Part shown: positions 25,878 to 38,620 of the stretch, piece after piece
How the letters are laid out: each line of letters opens with the position of its first letter
How positions within the stretch are numbered: the stretch's first letter is position 1
Assembly (NCBI RefSeq): GCF_001194135.2
Contig: NC_068981.1
Coordinates: forward strand, 191,754,315 to 191,818,314
Direction: 5' to 3'
DNA length: 64,000 bases
From: Octopus bimaculoides
Taxonomy: Eukaryota
Translations under genes and position numbers: made by a program
The notes under the pieces: model-generated
Told to the model about the DNA's origin: nothing
The model's database searches: none
The model's input: the letters and a program-made list of their open reading frames with translations, nothing else

Positions 25878-26245
25878 AACAGGCTGTGTGCTTAAAAAGT
25901 TTGCTTCCTGTCCACATGGTTTTGGGTTCAGTCCTACTTTGCGGTACATTCAGAGGATGTCTTCTACTGTAGCCTTGAGCTGACCAAAGTCTTGCGAGTG
26001 GATTTGTTAGATGAAAACTAAAAGAAGCCTGTTGTGTGTGTGTGTGTGTCTCCTTCTCTTGACATTGCATGATAATTATGAATGTCACTGTCATACAAGT
26101 GGTGATGTTTCCAATCTTCTGTGAAAGCATGACTGGTCTTGGGAAAATATTACCTTGCATAGAACAGGTGATGGTTAGCAACAGGAAGAGCACCTGGCTA
26201 CTGAAAATCTATCTCTGAATTCTGCAAGCATGGAAATATGGACAT
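25878..26245 (+). mobile_element. SINE family C (tRNA-like head, (GT)n, RTE-type tail)
   Basis: ggctgtgtgcttaaaaagtttgcttcc...ggttcagtcc...gcaagcatggaaatatggacatgaaaataatgatgat. Confidence 0.8.
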
Positions 26246-29200
26246 GAAAATAATGATGATATAAATAAACAATATTCAAATATTGTATTTAAGTAAGAAG
26301 GCAGTTCTCGTTTCAGTATAGATGTTATACTGCTCACATATATAAAACTCTGCACTCACAATCACCAAACATACGTCTCTCTTTTAACCTATTAACTTTA
26401 TTAGGTCTCACCATACAGATCATGCATTATATGCTCCTTCCAGTCCTTTCTCTTCATTACTGCAGCCTCCTAGAATCTCTCTCCCCTCCCACACAAATTT
26501 TTAAACCATTCGAATTGAGCATCAATTCCATTAATTCAGTATTCTTAGAGAGTCTGAAAAAGTTACAATTACTGACCTTCTCCAACTATCTTGTAAGAGA
26601 AAAAAAAAGCATGACAATTTAAAACAACTTTGCTTACATAATGCTTGCTTTTTAACAATGTCTACACCCAATGTTCATATCTTGCCGCAAGTATCTTCCA
26701 TCATACACTTAGCTTTGTGAGTGAGATTTGGTAGTCAGAAACTTTATGAAATCCCATCAGATGTGCATGTCATCATCGTGTGTATTGAAATTAGAATATG
26801 AGTAATATATTTCATTTTCCATGAGGAGAAACTTGACTGATGATGAGCCAATATCCTATAAAATTTCATTTTATAAGTCATTGCCTTTAGTAATTTCCTT
26901 CAAAATTTAACATGGAGACATTAAACCATGTAAATATCTGAAAAGTTGAATATGGATAATAAACTTGTGTACAAAATTAACTTCTGTTTGATTAACATAA
27001 TCTGCTGTCTCTATTTTTTTGTTTTGTTTTGTAAAATGATATTTAGTATATGGCGCTATATGAACACAAACATACATATATACATGCATGTGCACAAATA
27101 TATGCTATGGTTGTTTGCATGAGTGATAAAGTACAAATGAGCTAAGAGAAGCTGGATATAAGATGAATCAGGTATAGTGTGCAAGAGAGAAGACCATATT
27201 GATACAAACATGTGATATGTATGGAGGATGACACTTTTATAAAGATATGCCAGCTGTTGAAAGTGGATGGAATATTTTGAAAAGGAAGACCTGTGACAAA
27301 ATGAAATCCAGATGTTGAGCCTCGCAGAAGAGATGACGAAGGACAAATGCAATTGGTGATCTGTGGTTCTAGAGGTGACCCACCCAAATGTGCAAGCATG
27401 ACAAAATGAATATTAAAAGTGTGATAATCATGCAGGCTAGATGAATATGTTGATTTGAGTCTCTCACCCCATATGCTACTTGTTAAGTTTCCATCTGCAT
27501 GTCCCTCTCTTTGATAGCTTCTTTCCTATTTACTACGCTGCTTTTATAATGGAGAGTTGCATTGGATCTCTCTGTTCATTCCTATCACATTCCTTGTCAC
27601 TCTCCTCATCTCTCTCATCATGAAGCTTGCATAACTGGTGATTGCTTCATATCTGTTCATGTCTGCTATGCTCTTCTCATCAGACTTCTGTACTGCTAGT
27701 CATCAGGCCCTCTCCCTCTGACCATTCATTACCGACATTTATCACTTGTCTGCCATCACCTATTTCTACTACTATCTGTAATTTGAGCTCTCTCTTACCA
27801 GTGTGTAGCTGCCATCACTACCTCTCTTCCATCACTCCATCTCTATCTTTTATTATTTTCTCCAACATTGTCACTTCTATTATTCCTTCCTCTATCCTTC
27901 CCTTACCTCAATCACTCTGCTTCTTCCATCATACTCTCAAACTCTTAACCTTGTTCATTTGATTTGTGGGCTCGAATCAGCTCCAGTCAAGCACACCTAT
28001 CAACACATAGCTAGTTAACTGAGTGACTAGGTTGATCACTTATTGTAAATATACCATATCTATTCAGTTGACAACCATGTTACACAATCCAATATGCATT
28101 GATTAATCACATGGGTAACAGTCTGGCCATGTTGTGCAATCTCCACTGACCAGTTTATCTCTGTAGGTTTGAAGGTTCTGGTGTTAGCCACAACAATGAG
28201 ATGAAATCAAAGCACATCAGTCACTGATCCTCTTGCACTGGATAATGAATTTTAGAGAGGGTTTGTAAAGAAAGGAAAAATGAATTCTGTTTTCTGAATT
28301 ATTACCATTGGGCTGTGTAGGTTCTATTGATAGTAAAAGCCTGATGGAGGCTCTGTCAATTATAGCTGTAGGTTAACCATGCTTGGGAAAAAAGTTATGT
28401 ATTTCCTTTGATTTTGAAATAGGATGCTATAGCCTATTGCACAATGTTCATAGGCTAAGATACATTGCTAAGTTTCTATGAAGTTTCATAACTAAACCAT
28501 AGTAACATCTCTGTTTCACAGCTGACTGCTTAGTAGAGAGGGTGTCGTAGATTATAAACACTTGTTCAGGTCTAAATTTGAAAAAGAATCATAATGGCAT
28601 TAAAAAAAAAAAATAGGTACAAAACAATTAAAAAAAAATTTTTTTCAAAGTATTTCTATTATTTTTGGTTATCACCAGAGAAATAACATTTAGAAGTAAC
28701 ATTTAAAGCTATTTACAGTATAACTTGCTTGGAAAAATAAACAATTCTTTCTACTTGATGAAACTGAAAGAACTGAAAATATCACTGATTTCAAAGATGC
28801 TGCTGTATATGACAAGTCATGCTTGAATAAGCATAACCATATATAATTATTTAGGATATGAAACAAAGTAAAATGTCTGTAACCATTTTGATACCAACCC
28901 ACCCAAGATTGTCACTGGTTCTATGATGCAAATTTTTTATGTAAAGCGAGCTGAATTAAACTTTCCATAAAATTGTTCCAAACACCAGCCACTTTACTAA
29001 ATTCAGTAAAACTAGTGGGACCTGTGGAAATTCTACATAATGGAAAAAATTAAGAGGACTTATTTAAGAGAGAAAGAATGGTTTACATCTTTATAGCATT
29101 CATAGTTTAGTTTTCTTTAAGTATTCTTGATGTTCATCTACATTCATTTCTTCTCGTCACCGTTAGTGCTGTCTTTTACCTCTTTTTATTATACTTTTTT

Positions 29201-29428
29201 TGCTGTTTCTCTCAGATCCATGCTCTATATCTGTGCATCCTTTCTTGGACAGCTTGCAACCGTGTTTCTTGTGAATCCAGAGTCTAGGCTAAATTAACCC
29301 TTATAAACAAATATCAATCTTTTAAGTGAGCAGACAATAAACAATTGCACTTGTGCACACGCTTTAAGCAATGGTTACTATAAAAAAAAAATGAATACAG
29401 TTCTATATTTAAGAGATGAGAAATTATG

Positions 29429-29519
29429 TACATTATTTACAATTGATGGATATTTGCCCTCATCTTGTTTGTTGTTAACACAATGTTTTGGCTGATATAC
29501 CCTCCAGCCTTCATCAGGC

Positions 29520-29552
<33 letters not shown>

Positions 29553-29693
29553 TTGAAAAATACCTTAGGAATGAGAACCCAGGTTCAAAATTTCCCCAAT
29601 ACACCTGATGAAAGCTGGAGGGTATATCAGCCGAAACGTTGTGTTAACAACAAACAAGATGAGGACAAATATCCGTCAATTGTAAATAATGTA
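29429..29693. mobile_element. Penelope-like element pseudo-LTR pair in inverted orientation
   Basis: 90-bp arms 29429-29518 and 29604-29693 with 5 mismatches. Spacer contains (TAA)n. The arms contain a hammerhead motif. Confidence 0.8.
29601..29644 (+). ncRNA. Minimal type I hammerhead ribozyme motif (PLE type)
   Basis: ACAC-CUGAUGA-A-AGCUG-gaggguauau-CAGCC-GAAA-C-GUU^GUGU. Confidence 0.7.
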
Positions 29694-30224
29694 AATAAAA
29701 AAAAATTAGCTCAATAAAAAAAAATTCTTTTCACTATCAACACACCACCACCACCACTATCTGCCTTTCTCTCTCTCAATATAACTGCTTCCTCTGTCCA
29801 TCTCTCTCTATCTATCTTTCCCTTCAGCTAACTTTTTAACCATGTAAGTATTCTTTCCCGACTACACCATACATCATTAACACTTCTCTCTCCCTCTTTT
29901 CTCTCTCATCTTTTCCTCCTGTTCTTTGCCTCTACTTTCAGCTGACCATGTAAACATTTAGCCTAAGTGTATTAATATTAATCACTTTTTCTCTACTTCT
30001 TCCTCTCCTCTTTCTTCACTCCTCCCTCTCTTACTCACTCCACCTCCACAATTAACTAATGTATAACAGATGAACAAACAAGCAGATTATTATATAGATG
30101 GCAGCCATTTTACTAAATTCTTATCTTCAAAACTAATTGAAACAAAGAACAAAGGCAGTGTATTTCAACAGAAATATGATGATGAAAGGATTAAAATCAT
30201 TTGCAAAGATGAAACTGTAATCAT

Positions 30225-32210
30225 CATCATCATCATTTACTGCCTGTTGGCCTTGCTGACATGGGTCAGACAGTTTGACCAGGGTTGGTAAGCAAAGGGC
30301 TTGCACCAGACTCCAGTTTGATCTGGTGTGGTTTCTATGGCTGGATGCCCTTCCTCGTGCCAGCCACTCTGAGAGTGTAATGGGTGCTTTTACATGGCAC
30401 AGGTGCCAGTCACATGACACCAGTGTCTACCACAACTACGATTTCACTTGACTTGACGGGTCTTCTCAAGTACAGCATATTGCCAAAAGTCTCAGTCATT
30501 TGTCATTGCTTCCATGAAGCCCAGCACTCGAAAGGTGCTTTTTACATGCCATTGGCACAGGTGCTAGTTACGCAACACCAGCATCAGTCACATTGCCTCT
30601 ATGAAGCACAATGCTCGAAAGGTGCTTTTTATGTGCCACTGGTACAGGTCCTAGTTATGTCATTGCTTCTGTGAGGCCCATCTTTTAAAGATCATACTTC
30701 ACCACCTCTTCCCATGTCTTCCTCGATCTCCCTCTTCCACAGCTTCCTTCCACTCATAGAAATCAGCACTTCACACAGCTGGTCACATCCATACACATTA
30801 CATGACCATACCAATGCAGTTGTCTCTCTTGCACATCACATCTGATGCCTCTTATGCCCAACTTTTCTCTCAAGGTACTTACACTCTGTCATACATGCAC
30901 ACTGACATTGCACATCCAGCGGAGCATACTAGTTTCATTTCTTTCAAGCCTACGTCCTCAGCAGTCACAGCCCATGTTTTACTGCCATGTAGCATGGCTG
31001 TTTGCACACAGGCATCATACAACCTGCCTTTCACTCTGAGGGAGAGGCCTTTGTTACCAACAGAAGTAGGAGCTCTCTAAATTTTTCCCAACCTATTCTT
31101 ATTCTAGCAGCTATGCTCTCAGAGTATCCACCACTGCTACTGATTTGGTCACCTAAGTAACGAAAGCTATCAACTACTTCTTGTTTTCCCCTTTGGTATT
31201 TGATGTAGTCTACTTTCTGTACACTTTTAGTGTTTATTGTACCTGTGCACTTTCAACACACAAAAACTAGTTCCCCTGTTAACCTTCCTTTGATATTGCT
31301 GCACCTCTTATGTGTCCATTGCTTACACCGGGTACATCTTATGGAACTTCTACCTACATCTTTCCTACAGATCAAGCAGGGGCATTTACCTGAGGAGATT
31401 TGTGATTTCTCTGCCTTCCTAGTTTACTTACTAAGACTTTGGTTTTTGCTAGGTTTACTCTAAGGCCCTTTGATTCTAGACTTTGTTCCACACCTGAAAC
31501 TTCTCTAATTCTGGTAGCAATTCATTTATAAGAACAAGATCATCAGTATAAAGGAGCTCTCAGGGGCAGCCTGTCTTAAATTCCTCTGTTATTGCCTGGA
31601 GGACTATAATGAACAAGAGGGGGCTGAGGACTAATCCTTAGTGAACCCCACATCTACCCGGAATTCTTTGCTATACTCATTGCCAACCCTCACCTTACTG
31701 ACAGCTTCCCTGTACATGGCTTGTACAACTCTCACCAACCACTCTTCTTTCCCTAGTCAACAAAAGCCAAGTACAGAGGTTTATCTTTGGCTAGGTATTT
31801 CTTCTGCAGCTGCCTTACCAGAAATATAGTGGTGCTTCTCTCTTGCACAAAACCAAATTGTATCTTATGTAGACTAACTCTCTCCCTAATTAGTTGGGCT
31901 ATGACCCTCTTTGTGATTTTCATCACCTGTTCCAATAACTTGATACTTCCTGTAATTATTTCTATCTAAGGTGTCACCTTTACCTTTGTAGCAGTTGACC
32001 ATGGTGCTGTTACACCTGTCATTGGGTGTGACTCCTTTGTGTACCATCTGGTTAACTATACGGGTGACTAGACCATAACCTATGCCACCAGATATTTTAA
32101 GCATCCCAGTGGTGTTTCCTGGTGGGCTGGGGGATTTCCCTGTCTTCATATCCTTAATTGCTTTATCTGCCAAGGTACTGTCAATTCAGATAGCTGGTCC
32201 TTCAGTCTGA
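30225..32210 (-). mobile_element. Decayed RTE-clade LINE (~2 kb): RT remnant plus 3' UTR
   Basis: GLVTRIVNQMVHKGVTPND..YKGKGDTLDRNNYR; QVMKITKRVIAQLIRERVSLHKIQFGFV..RQLQKKYLAKDKPLYLAFVD. Tail at ~30225. Confidence 0.9.
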
Positions 32211-32949
32211 TCAACATTTGGCAGATTCTCCTTCTCCCATTCATTCTCTTGAACATATCAAACCCTATAATTAATAATTTTATTCTATTTCTCTGTTTAT
32301 AACAAATTATGTTTGGATTAATGTACAGGATGATATTAAACATACATTTAAAATATTTGTTCTTTTGGTGTAGGATTGAAATTATTTGAAATTTATTTTG
32401 TTAAACAAATCAATAGAAAAATGATTGAGTATTATCTGAAGTTTGAAGTAATTTTGAAACTTTTTCCAATTATATAGTTATCTTGCTCTATAAAATTGAC
32501 CGTTGAATTTATATTATTTTTCAGTTAAATTACTTTTATCAATTTTCAGTCTGTAATTATAGATTAGTGATACTATTTCATGTTAGAATTACTGATTTCT
32601 GTCTTAGCTGCAAATTGAATTTTTGTAAACTGAAGAATATAGTCAATGGAATCGACCTTTCAGTGGTAGATTGAATTTGTTGCCCAGTTTAACACCATCA
32701 CCTGGCACATTGTGTGCCTTTAACAATGTCCACTCTGTTGTATTTGGGCTAGGTCTTTGGTTTGAGGATATCTTCCTTCTCCTTCCCACCAGTCTTGGAG
32801 GCCGTGTAAAGAATCATATCAGTGCCTTCTCTCCTGACTGAAAGAAAAAAGAAAATCTTTATTTTAGAAGGGTGAAACTGGATTTTATGATCACAAGATT
32901 TGAATTTGGAATATAATGGGATGAAATAGGTATAGGTTTATGCTATAGG

Positions 32950-33090
32950 CCCAGGTGTGGCTGTGTGGTTGAGAGGTTTGCTTCCCAACCACATGATATC
33001 AGGTTCATTCCCACTGCATGGCTCTTCTACTACAGCCTCGGCTTAATCGAAGCTTTGAATGCATTTGGTAGGCAGAAACTGAAAGAAGCC

Positions 33091-33122
<32 letters not shown>

Positions 33123-33390
33123 AATGTATGTGTGTGAGTGCATGCACATTTGTGTCTCTTTGTCTTGACATCATATAATACTTGTAAACGAGCGTCACTG
33201 TCATGCAAACAATGTCATTCATTTCCAATATTTTGTGAGTATGTGGCTGGCCATTTGGAAATATTACCTTGTTTGGAACCGGTGAAGGTTAACATCAGGA
33301 TGTGTATCCAGCTGTAGAAAATTTGCCTCCATAAACTTTATCTAATCCATGCAAACCTGAAAAAGTTGACATGAAAAAAAATGATGAGGG
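32950..33390 (+). mobile_element. SINE family C
   Basis: gtggctgtgtggttgagaggtttgcttcccaaccac head, (GT)n, RTE-type tail. Confidence 0.8.
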
Positions 33391-33589
33391 AAGGTTCTAT
33401 GAATTACTTCCGATTTCTATGCTGGCATAAGTGGAACAAGTATTACTGTACTTTTAGATGGATCAGAGTATGACTACATCTTGTACATAAGTTTCAATTT
33501 TGACTTAGTTTCTCTTGTTGGATGCCCTTTGTATTTGTGTGGATTCCTGTCATTAGTCTGTCTTAGTATCATTTTTTAGGCAGGTTGAA

Positions 33590-33790
33590 TGTGGAAAATA
33601 GCTCAATTAGCAGAACACTGGACAAAATACAGTATTTAGTCTAGGATCTAAGTTTAAATCCTACAGAGGCCACTTTTGCTTTCATCCTTCTAATGTCGGT
33701 AAAGGAAATCAAGTACAGGAGTTGATTAACACATTTACCATTCCATGAACATTTTTGGCCTTGTTCTCAATGCAGAAATCCTTATTAACT
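33590..33790 (+). mobile_element. Degraded SINE family A
   Basis: aagtttaaatcctacagaggccacttttgctttcatcctt core. Confidence 0.55.
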
Positions 33791-36055
33791 CTTAGATTAA
33801 TGATATAATTTCTCAGCATGTTTCATTGTTTTGGGGCTATTTTAACAAGAGTAAAACAATAACAATTATTTCTCCTCTCAAAATACTTCACGCATTTCTT
33901 CTCAAGTAAATAATTCATGCTATTAATTTATTATGTTGGCAGTTTGATGGTTTGTTTCTGTATTTTAAGTATTCATGTACATAATTCTTTATAATAATTT
34001 TATATTTTTCTTTCATCTTTGGTAATGTTCTTTATTATATAGTTGGTGGGCAAAAATCGTCCAGAAGTCCACTGAATATGTGTGTGTGTATGTGTGCCAA
34101 AACAATGAAGTGTGGGTGTTTGTGTTTTTCTATCTGTGTTTTGATATTGTTTACACACTTAACAAACACAACAAAATAGTGATACTAGTCAGAGGTTGTC
34201 GATATTTATGTATGCTGTGTTTGTCCTGTTGTATAGTTTATCAAGTGAAAGATCAAAGGAGGAAACGTCTTACATGGAAACAAGTAAGGATTGGCTACAA
34301 GAAAGGCAACCAACTATCGAAAAGTATACCAGCATATCTTATCTAACCCATGCCAGTATGGAAAAAGTAGCTGTAAAAATAATGTGCGTGTGTGCGTGCG
34401 TGCACACACACACACACACACACACACACGCATACACGTACTAGTTATTTACATTTAGGTGGAGTGGATCATTGACAGCTAAGTGTTTTCAACTAGTACA
34501 GGATACAAACTGTCAATTCATTGACAGATTGACCCTGGCAAATGTAAGCCTGGCTCCTGGTTTTGATTACCAGCTGGAATAGCTTTAATGACAGTTCCTA
34601 ATGTAACTGAGAAAGGTATGAACTTTTCAGCAGCACAATTTCCTTATTCCTCTTGCAAACCAGAGGCTATTAATTATGTAAGAAATTGCCTTCAATATAT
34701 TATGCTATTTTCTTCATTTTCCCCTACACTGAACTGGTATCCTCTGCGTCTAACTCATTCCTTGTCTCTAATTGTCTGTCACACTATTTTTACTCAGTGC
34801 TCTTCCTACACATCCACATTTTCCACTTTTCTGTCCTATTCTGTCTCATATTCATTTACCTAGACCTCACATCTCTTTCTTTCTGTCTCTCACTTTCCTG
34901 GTGGGCAAGCCATGCATTCATCTCTTCAGCAAGAAGGAGATTGAGAAAGCCATGTGTAGAAATGGTGAAAATGGTTCTTAAGATGCAAACCTCACATAGG
35001 AGATGACAAAGGAATGCAACAAATAGTATGGTAGTGTTGGAATGCACCTATCCGACCAATGAAAGTATGGAAAGCAGATGTAAAAATGATGATGAATATG
35101 GTGATATTTGGTGGATATCTGAGGAGTATGTCTGCATTTGTTGTGTTTTTCCTGTTTTTCTGTCTGCTCCTTTGTTGTCTCCCTGCACCAGATTTTTACT
35201 TATATATGTTATAAAATTCCCTCTCTACCTATAGATTTCCTGTAGTTGTCAATTTGCAGTAGTTCAAAAATATCGACTGTATTATTAATCTCACTGGTCT
35301 TTGGCAATGGTTCACTTACTAACATAGTAGCTCACTTTCTCTCTTTGCTTCTTGTATTACAACATTCTTTCATCCTAGCTTACTGCAGGGCCTCTCTGCT
35401 ATGGTTTCTCACAGGCCCATCCAACACACCCATGCCCCCCACTAGGTCTTATTTCCCAGATTCCATCCTAAACGTTTGGCCCAGTTATTCCTGCAGTCTT
35501 TGACCCAAGAGATGCTCGAATTGAACATTATTTGTATCAGTCACACCAGTGAAGGAAATTCTGGAAAGGTCATAAAAAAAAAAATGGCCTATTTGTTTTT
35601 TTAGCCAAGTCCAGATATGGTCAACCTTTTCTCTTCTTCTTTTGTATTAACATTGGATATCTGAAAACAGTCTTAAATACTTTGCTTTGCTCTATTATGA
35701 CTGTACCTTGTATTAGATCTGATCTATGTTATAATCATATGTTTGATTGTGAAGTGTAGATATTTACTTTACATCCATGTGATTCCAAGTTAGATCCCAA
35801 TGTGTAGCATCTCGAGTATTTTCTACCATTGACTCAGGCTGACCAATATTTTGGTTGCTGTGGGAGTCTGTGATATTTGTGGTTTCTTTTATGTCCTTTT
35901 TTTAGCATTTGCTTTTTCCACAGAATGGCCTAGTGAGACTACATCAGATACCCTTCATGATGAAGTACCATACAAATAAAGTACTTTATCCTGTCCACAT
36001 CTCTGCACATAAAAAATACCACTGCCAGAATGGTATCAGTGCAAAGATATTTATA

Positions 36056-36056
<1 letters not shown>

Positions 36057-36110
<54 letters not shown>
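36057..36110. repeat. (CA)n microsatellite followed by a SINE head fragment
   Basis: Direct reading. Confidence 0.9.
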
Positions 36111-36114
<4 letters not shown>

Positions 36115-36315
36115 TTCTGTCCACCAAATTTCAACAACAAATTACTGATCAGCTTTAGGCTGTAGAAGACTCCTAAGGTGCCAACAGGGTTGAACTTGAA
36201 ACCATGTGATTGCAAAGTGATCTTCTTAACCATATAGTCATGCCTATGTGTTTGTCTGTGTATCTTTATATTGGCAATGTCTATGAACATATGAACACCA
36301 AGAAAATTGAAAAGC

Positions 36316-36351
<36 letters not shown>

Positions 36352-38244
36352 CTTTTTAATGAAAGTTTCTTGCAATATTTGTTCTTGTGAATTAGTGATT
36401 GTTCAGTTGGAAATTTTTTTAACCAGTGACAGACACTATTGTTTACAAATTACACTACATGGTAAAAGATAAATTTTGGTATCTTTAAACTGTCATTTCA
36501 ATAACAACTTCTGGCTGTGTTGGGACCAGTTTTCTTTTATTTTGAGCCAAAACTTCCTTCTAAACTCATTATTATTATTCTTGACCAGTTGATTGGCAAA
36601 ATCATTAGAACAATGACAAAAAAATACTTTGTGATATTTAGTCATGATCATTGATGTTTAGAGATCAAATCAAGTTACCCTTTCGTCCTTCACAGGTTGA
36701 TAAAATACAGTCGCATCTGTCAATTGCTTTGAGTGATTTAATAAATTTTACCCTACCCACAACTGTGTGGCCAATGTCAGAAATTATTGTTGTTATTATT
36801 AAGGTGGTGAGCTAGCTGAAATGTTAGACCTTGTGCCTAAATTACAAACCAATATTATTATTATGATTCCAGTAATTTTATTGTGATTGTAACTTTCATT
36901 ACATAACCATGATCGACTTATATGCCATAGGTATAAGTGTATCTTGCTCTTTGTTTTATCATTATATTGGATGTACAGAATGTGTGCAATGTCTTATATT
37001 GTTATTTTCTGAATGTTAAATATGTCTAAATAACACTTTGCTATATATATTTGCATTTCTTTTAATCATTTCTACAATATCATTGTTATTGTGGGGATTG
37101 TTTATTTTTGCCCTACATCCCCTGGATATCTCTATTTCAAGAGTTTTATATTTGGATAGTTTTCTCCTTTTTTTTTTTCCATTTCTTTTGAAGGTGTATT
37201 GTTATAAGTTGAGATTGATTATTGATTAGGATATACTATTGTCTTGTCTCCTGCCCCATATTTGCCAACAATGTAAGGGGTGTCTACTTTAATTTCCTCA
37301 TGTGAACCAGTATTTCTTAGAGTATAGATACATTACTCTCCGAATAATTTTGTGGTGGATGCTTGTACCTTCAGAAAAATATGTCAACATTCTAAATGTT
37401 GACATATTTTTCTTTGTATATATTTATATGCTTTGTTTTAGCTAAGACTAAGAAAAAAAGAATCAATAGGATTGATTGTTTCTCTAGGTCTTCCACAAAT
37501 CCTGGATTTATTTTATATATTGTTTTATTATCGTTATTATTATTATTATTATGTTTTTTTTAGTTTCTAGTGGGAAGGTTTTGATCTTTTACCATAAACA
37601 GAAGTCCTTCAGTTTCAGTTTTGAGTCCTGCGTTTCCCAGCCATTTTACATGTTATATTTTTTTTTGTTTTTACATGAGGTGTGAAGTTCAGGTAATTTT
37701 TTTAGGGTTAGATAAGGATTTAAATAAAATTCCTATTCATCATTATTGTAGATTTAAAGATACTTTGGGGTTTCTTGTGATGCTATTTGCATTAGTTGAA
37801 TTAAAATTGTTTCTTAATATATTAGGTGATGCTGAATCTTGTCTTTATTTACTTCTATTATGTTCTGTTTTGATATGAGTTGGTTAACATGTAGCTAAAT
37901 TTGCCATTCTCATAGCTTTTTGTAGTCTTGGAATTTTAGTCTTTGAATTATTTTCTATTGTTTCTCTATTCTTCTCATATCTGTCAGCCTAGTCTCTGTT
38001 TTATAAATGTTGACTGTCTTGAAAATACAAAGATTTTAGTTTTATTCATACTTTGATGCTATATGTATGCATTTTCTTTTAATCTTTACTAGACTTTTCT
38101 TGTCATATTTCAGTAGGTATTTTATAAGTCTTCTGCAATTAGAAAATGATCTTTTTGTGTTAAATCTATTCTTTCTACTAGTTTGACTTGTGGAAATTGC
38201 ACAGAGTAGATGACGTGTTTATCTTCCCTATAAAATCCTCGTCA

Positions 38245-38620
38245 TCATTGCTTTAACATCCACTTGTCCATGCTCACTGATGGAGATTTTCTGTGGTCAG
38301 ATGTCCTTCCTGTCACCAACACTCAACTGTTTCTAAGCAAGGTAGTATTTTCCTCTGGCTAGACATGTTTTTGGAGAATATTGAAAATGAATGACACTGG
38401 TTGTATGACAGTGACACTCATTTACAATTATCATGTGATGTCAAGACAAGGAGACACAAACATGCACATGTGATAGGCTTCTTTTGGTTTCAGTCTACCA
38501 AATCCACTTAGAAGGCTTGATCTGGGGCTACAGTAGAAGACACTCGCTCAAGGTGCCATGCAGTAAGACTGAACCATGTGGTTGGAAGCAAACTTCTTGA
38601 CCACAAGGCGACACCTGCAC
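38245..38620 (-). mobile_element. SINE family C
   Basis: Reverse complement of the family C head and tail (gtctaccaaatccac...aagcaaacttcttgaccac). Confidence 0.75.

Larger units (their letters stand above)
28879..30194 (+). mobile_element. piggyBac-like P2 element split by a ~1.1-kb insertion
   Basis: 5' half 28879-29004 and 3' half 30102-30194 (ends aaaggattaa). 19-bp direct repeat cagcca(c/t)tttactaaattc at 28986-29004 and 30102-30120. Confidence 0.65.

Noticed and set aside
29429-29693. Repeat-spacer-repeat pattern considered as CRISPR-like
   Set aside because: Only two arms, in inverted orientation, in a eukaryotic intron; explained by a Penelope-like element.
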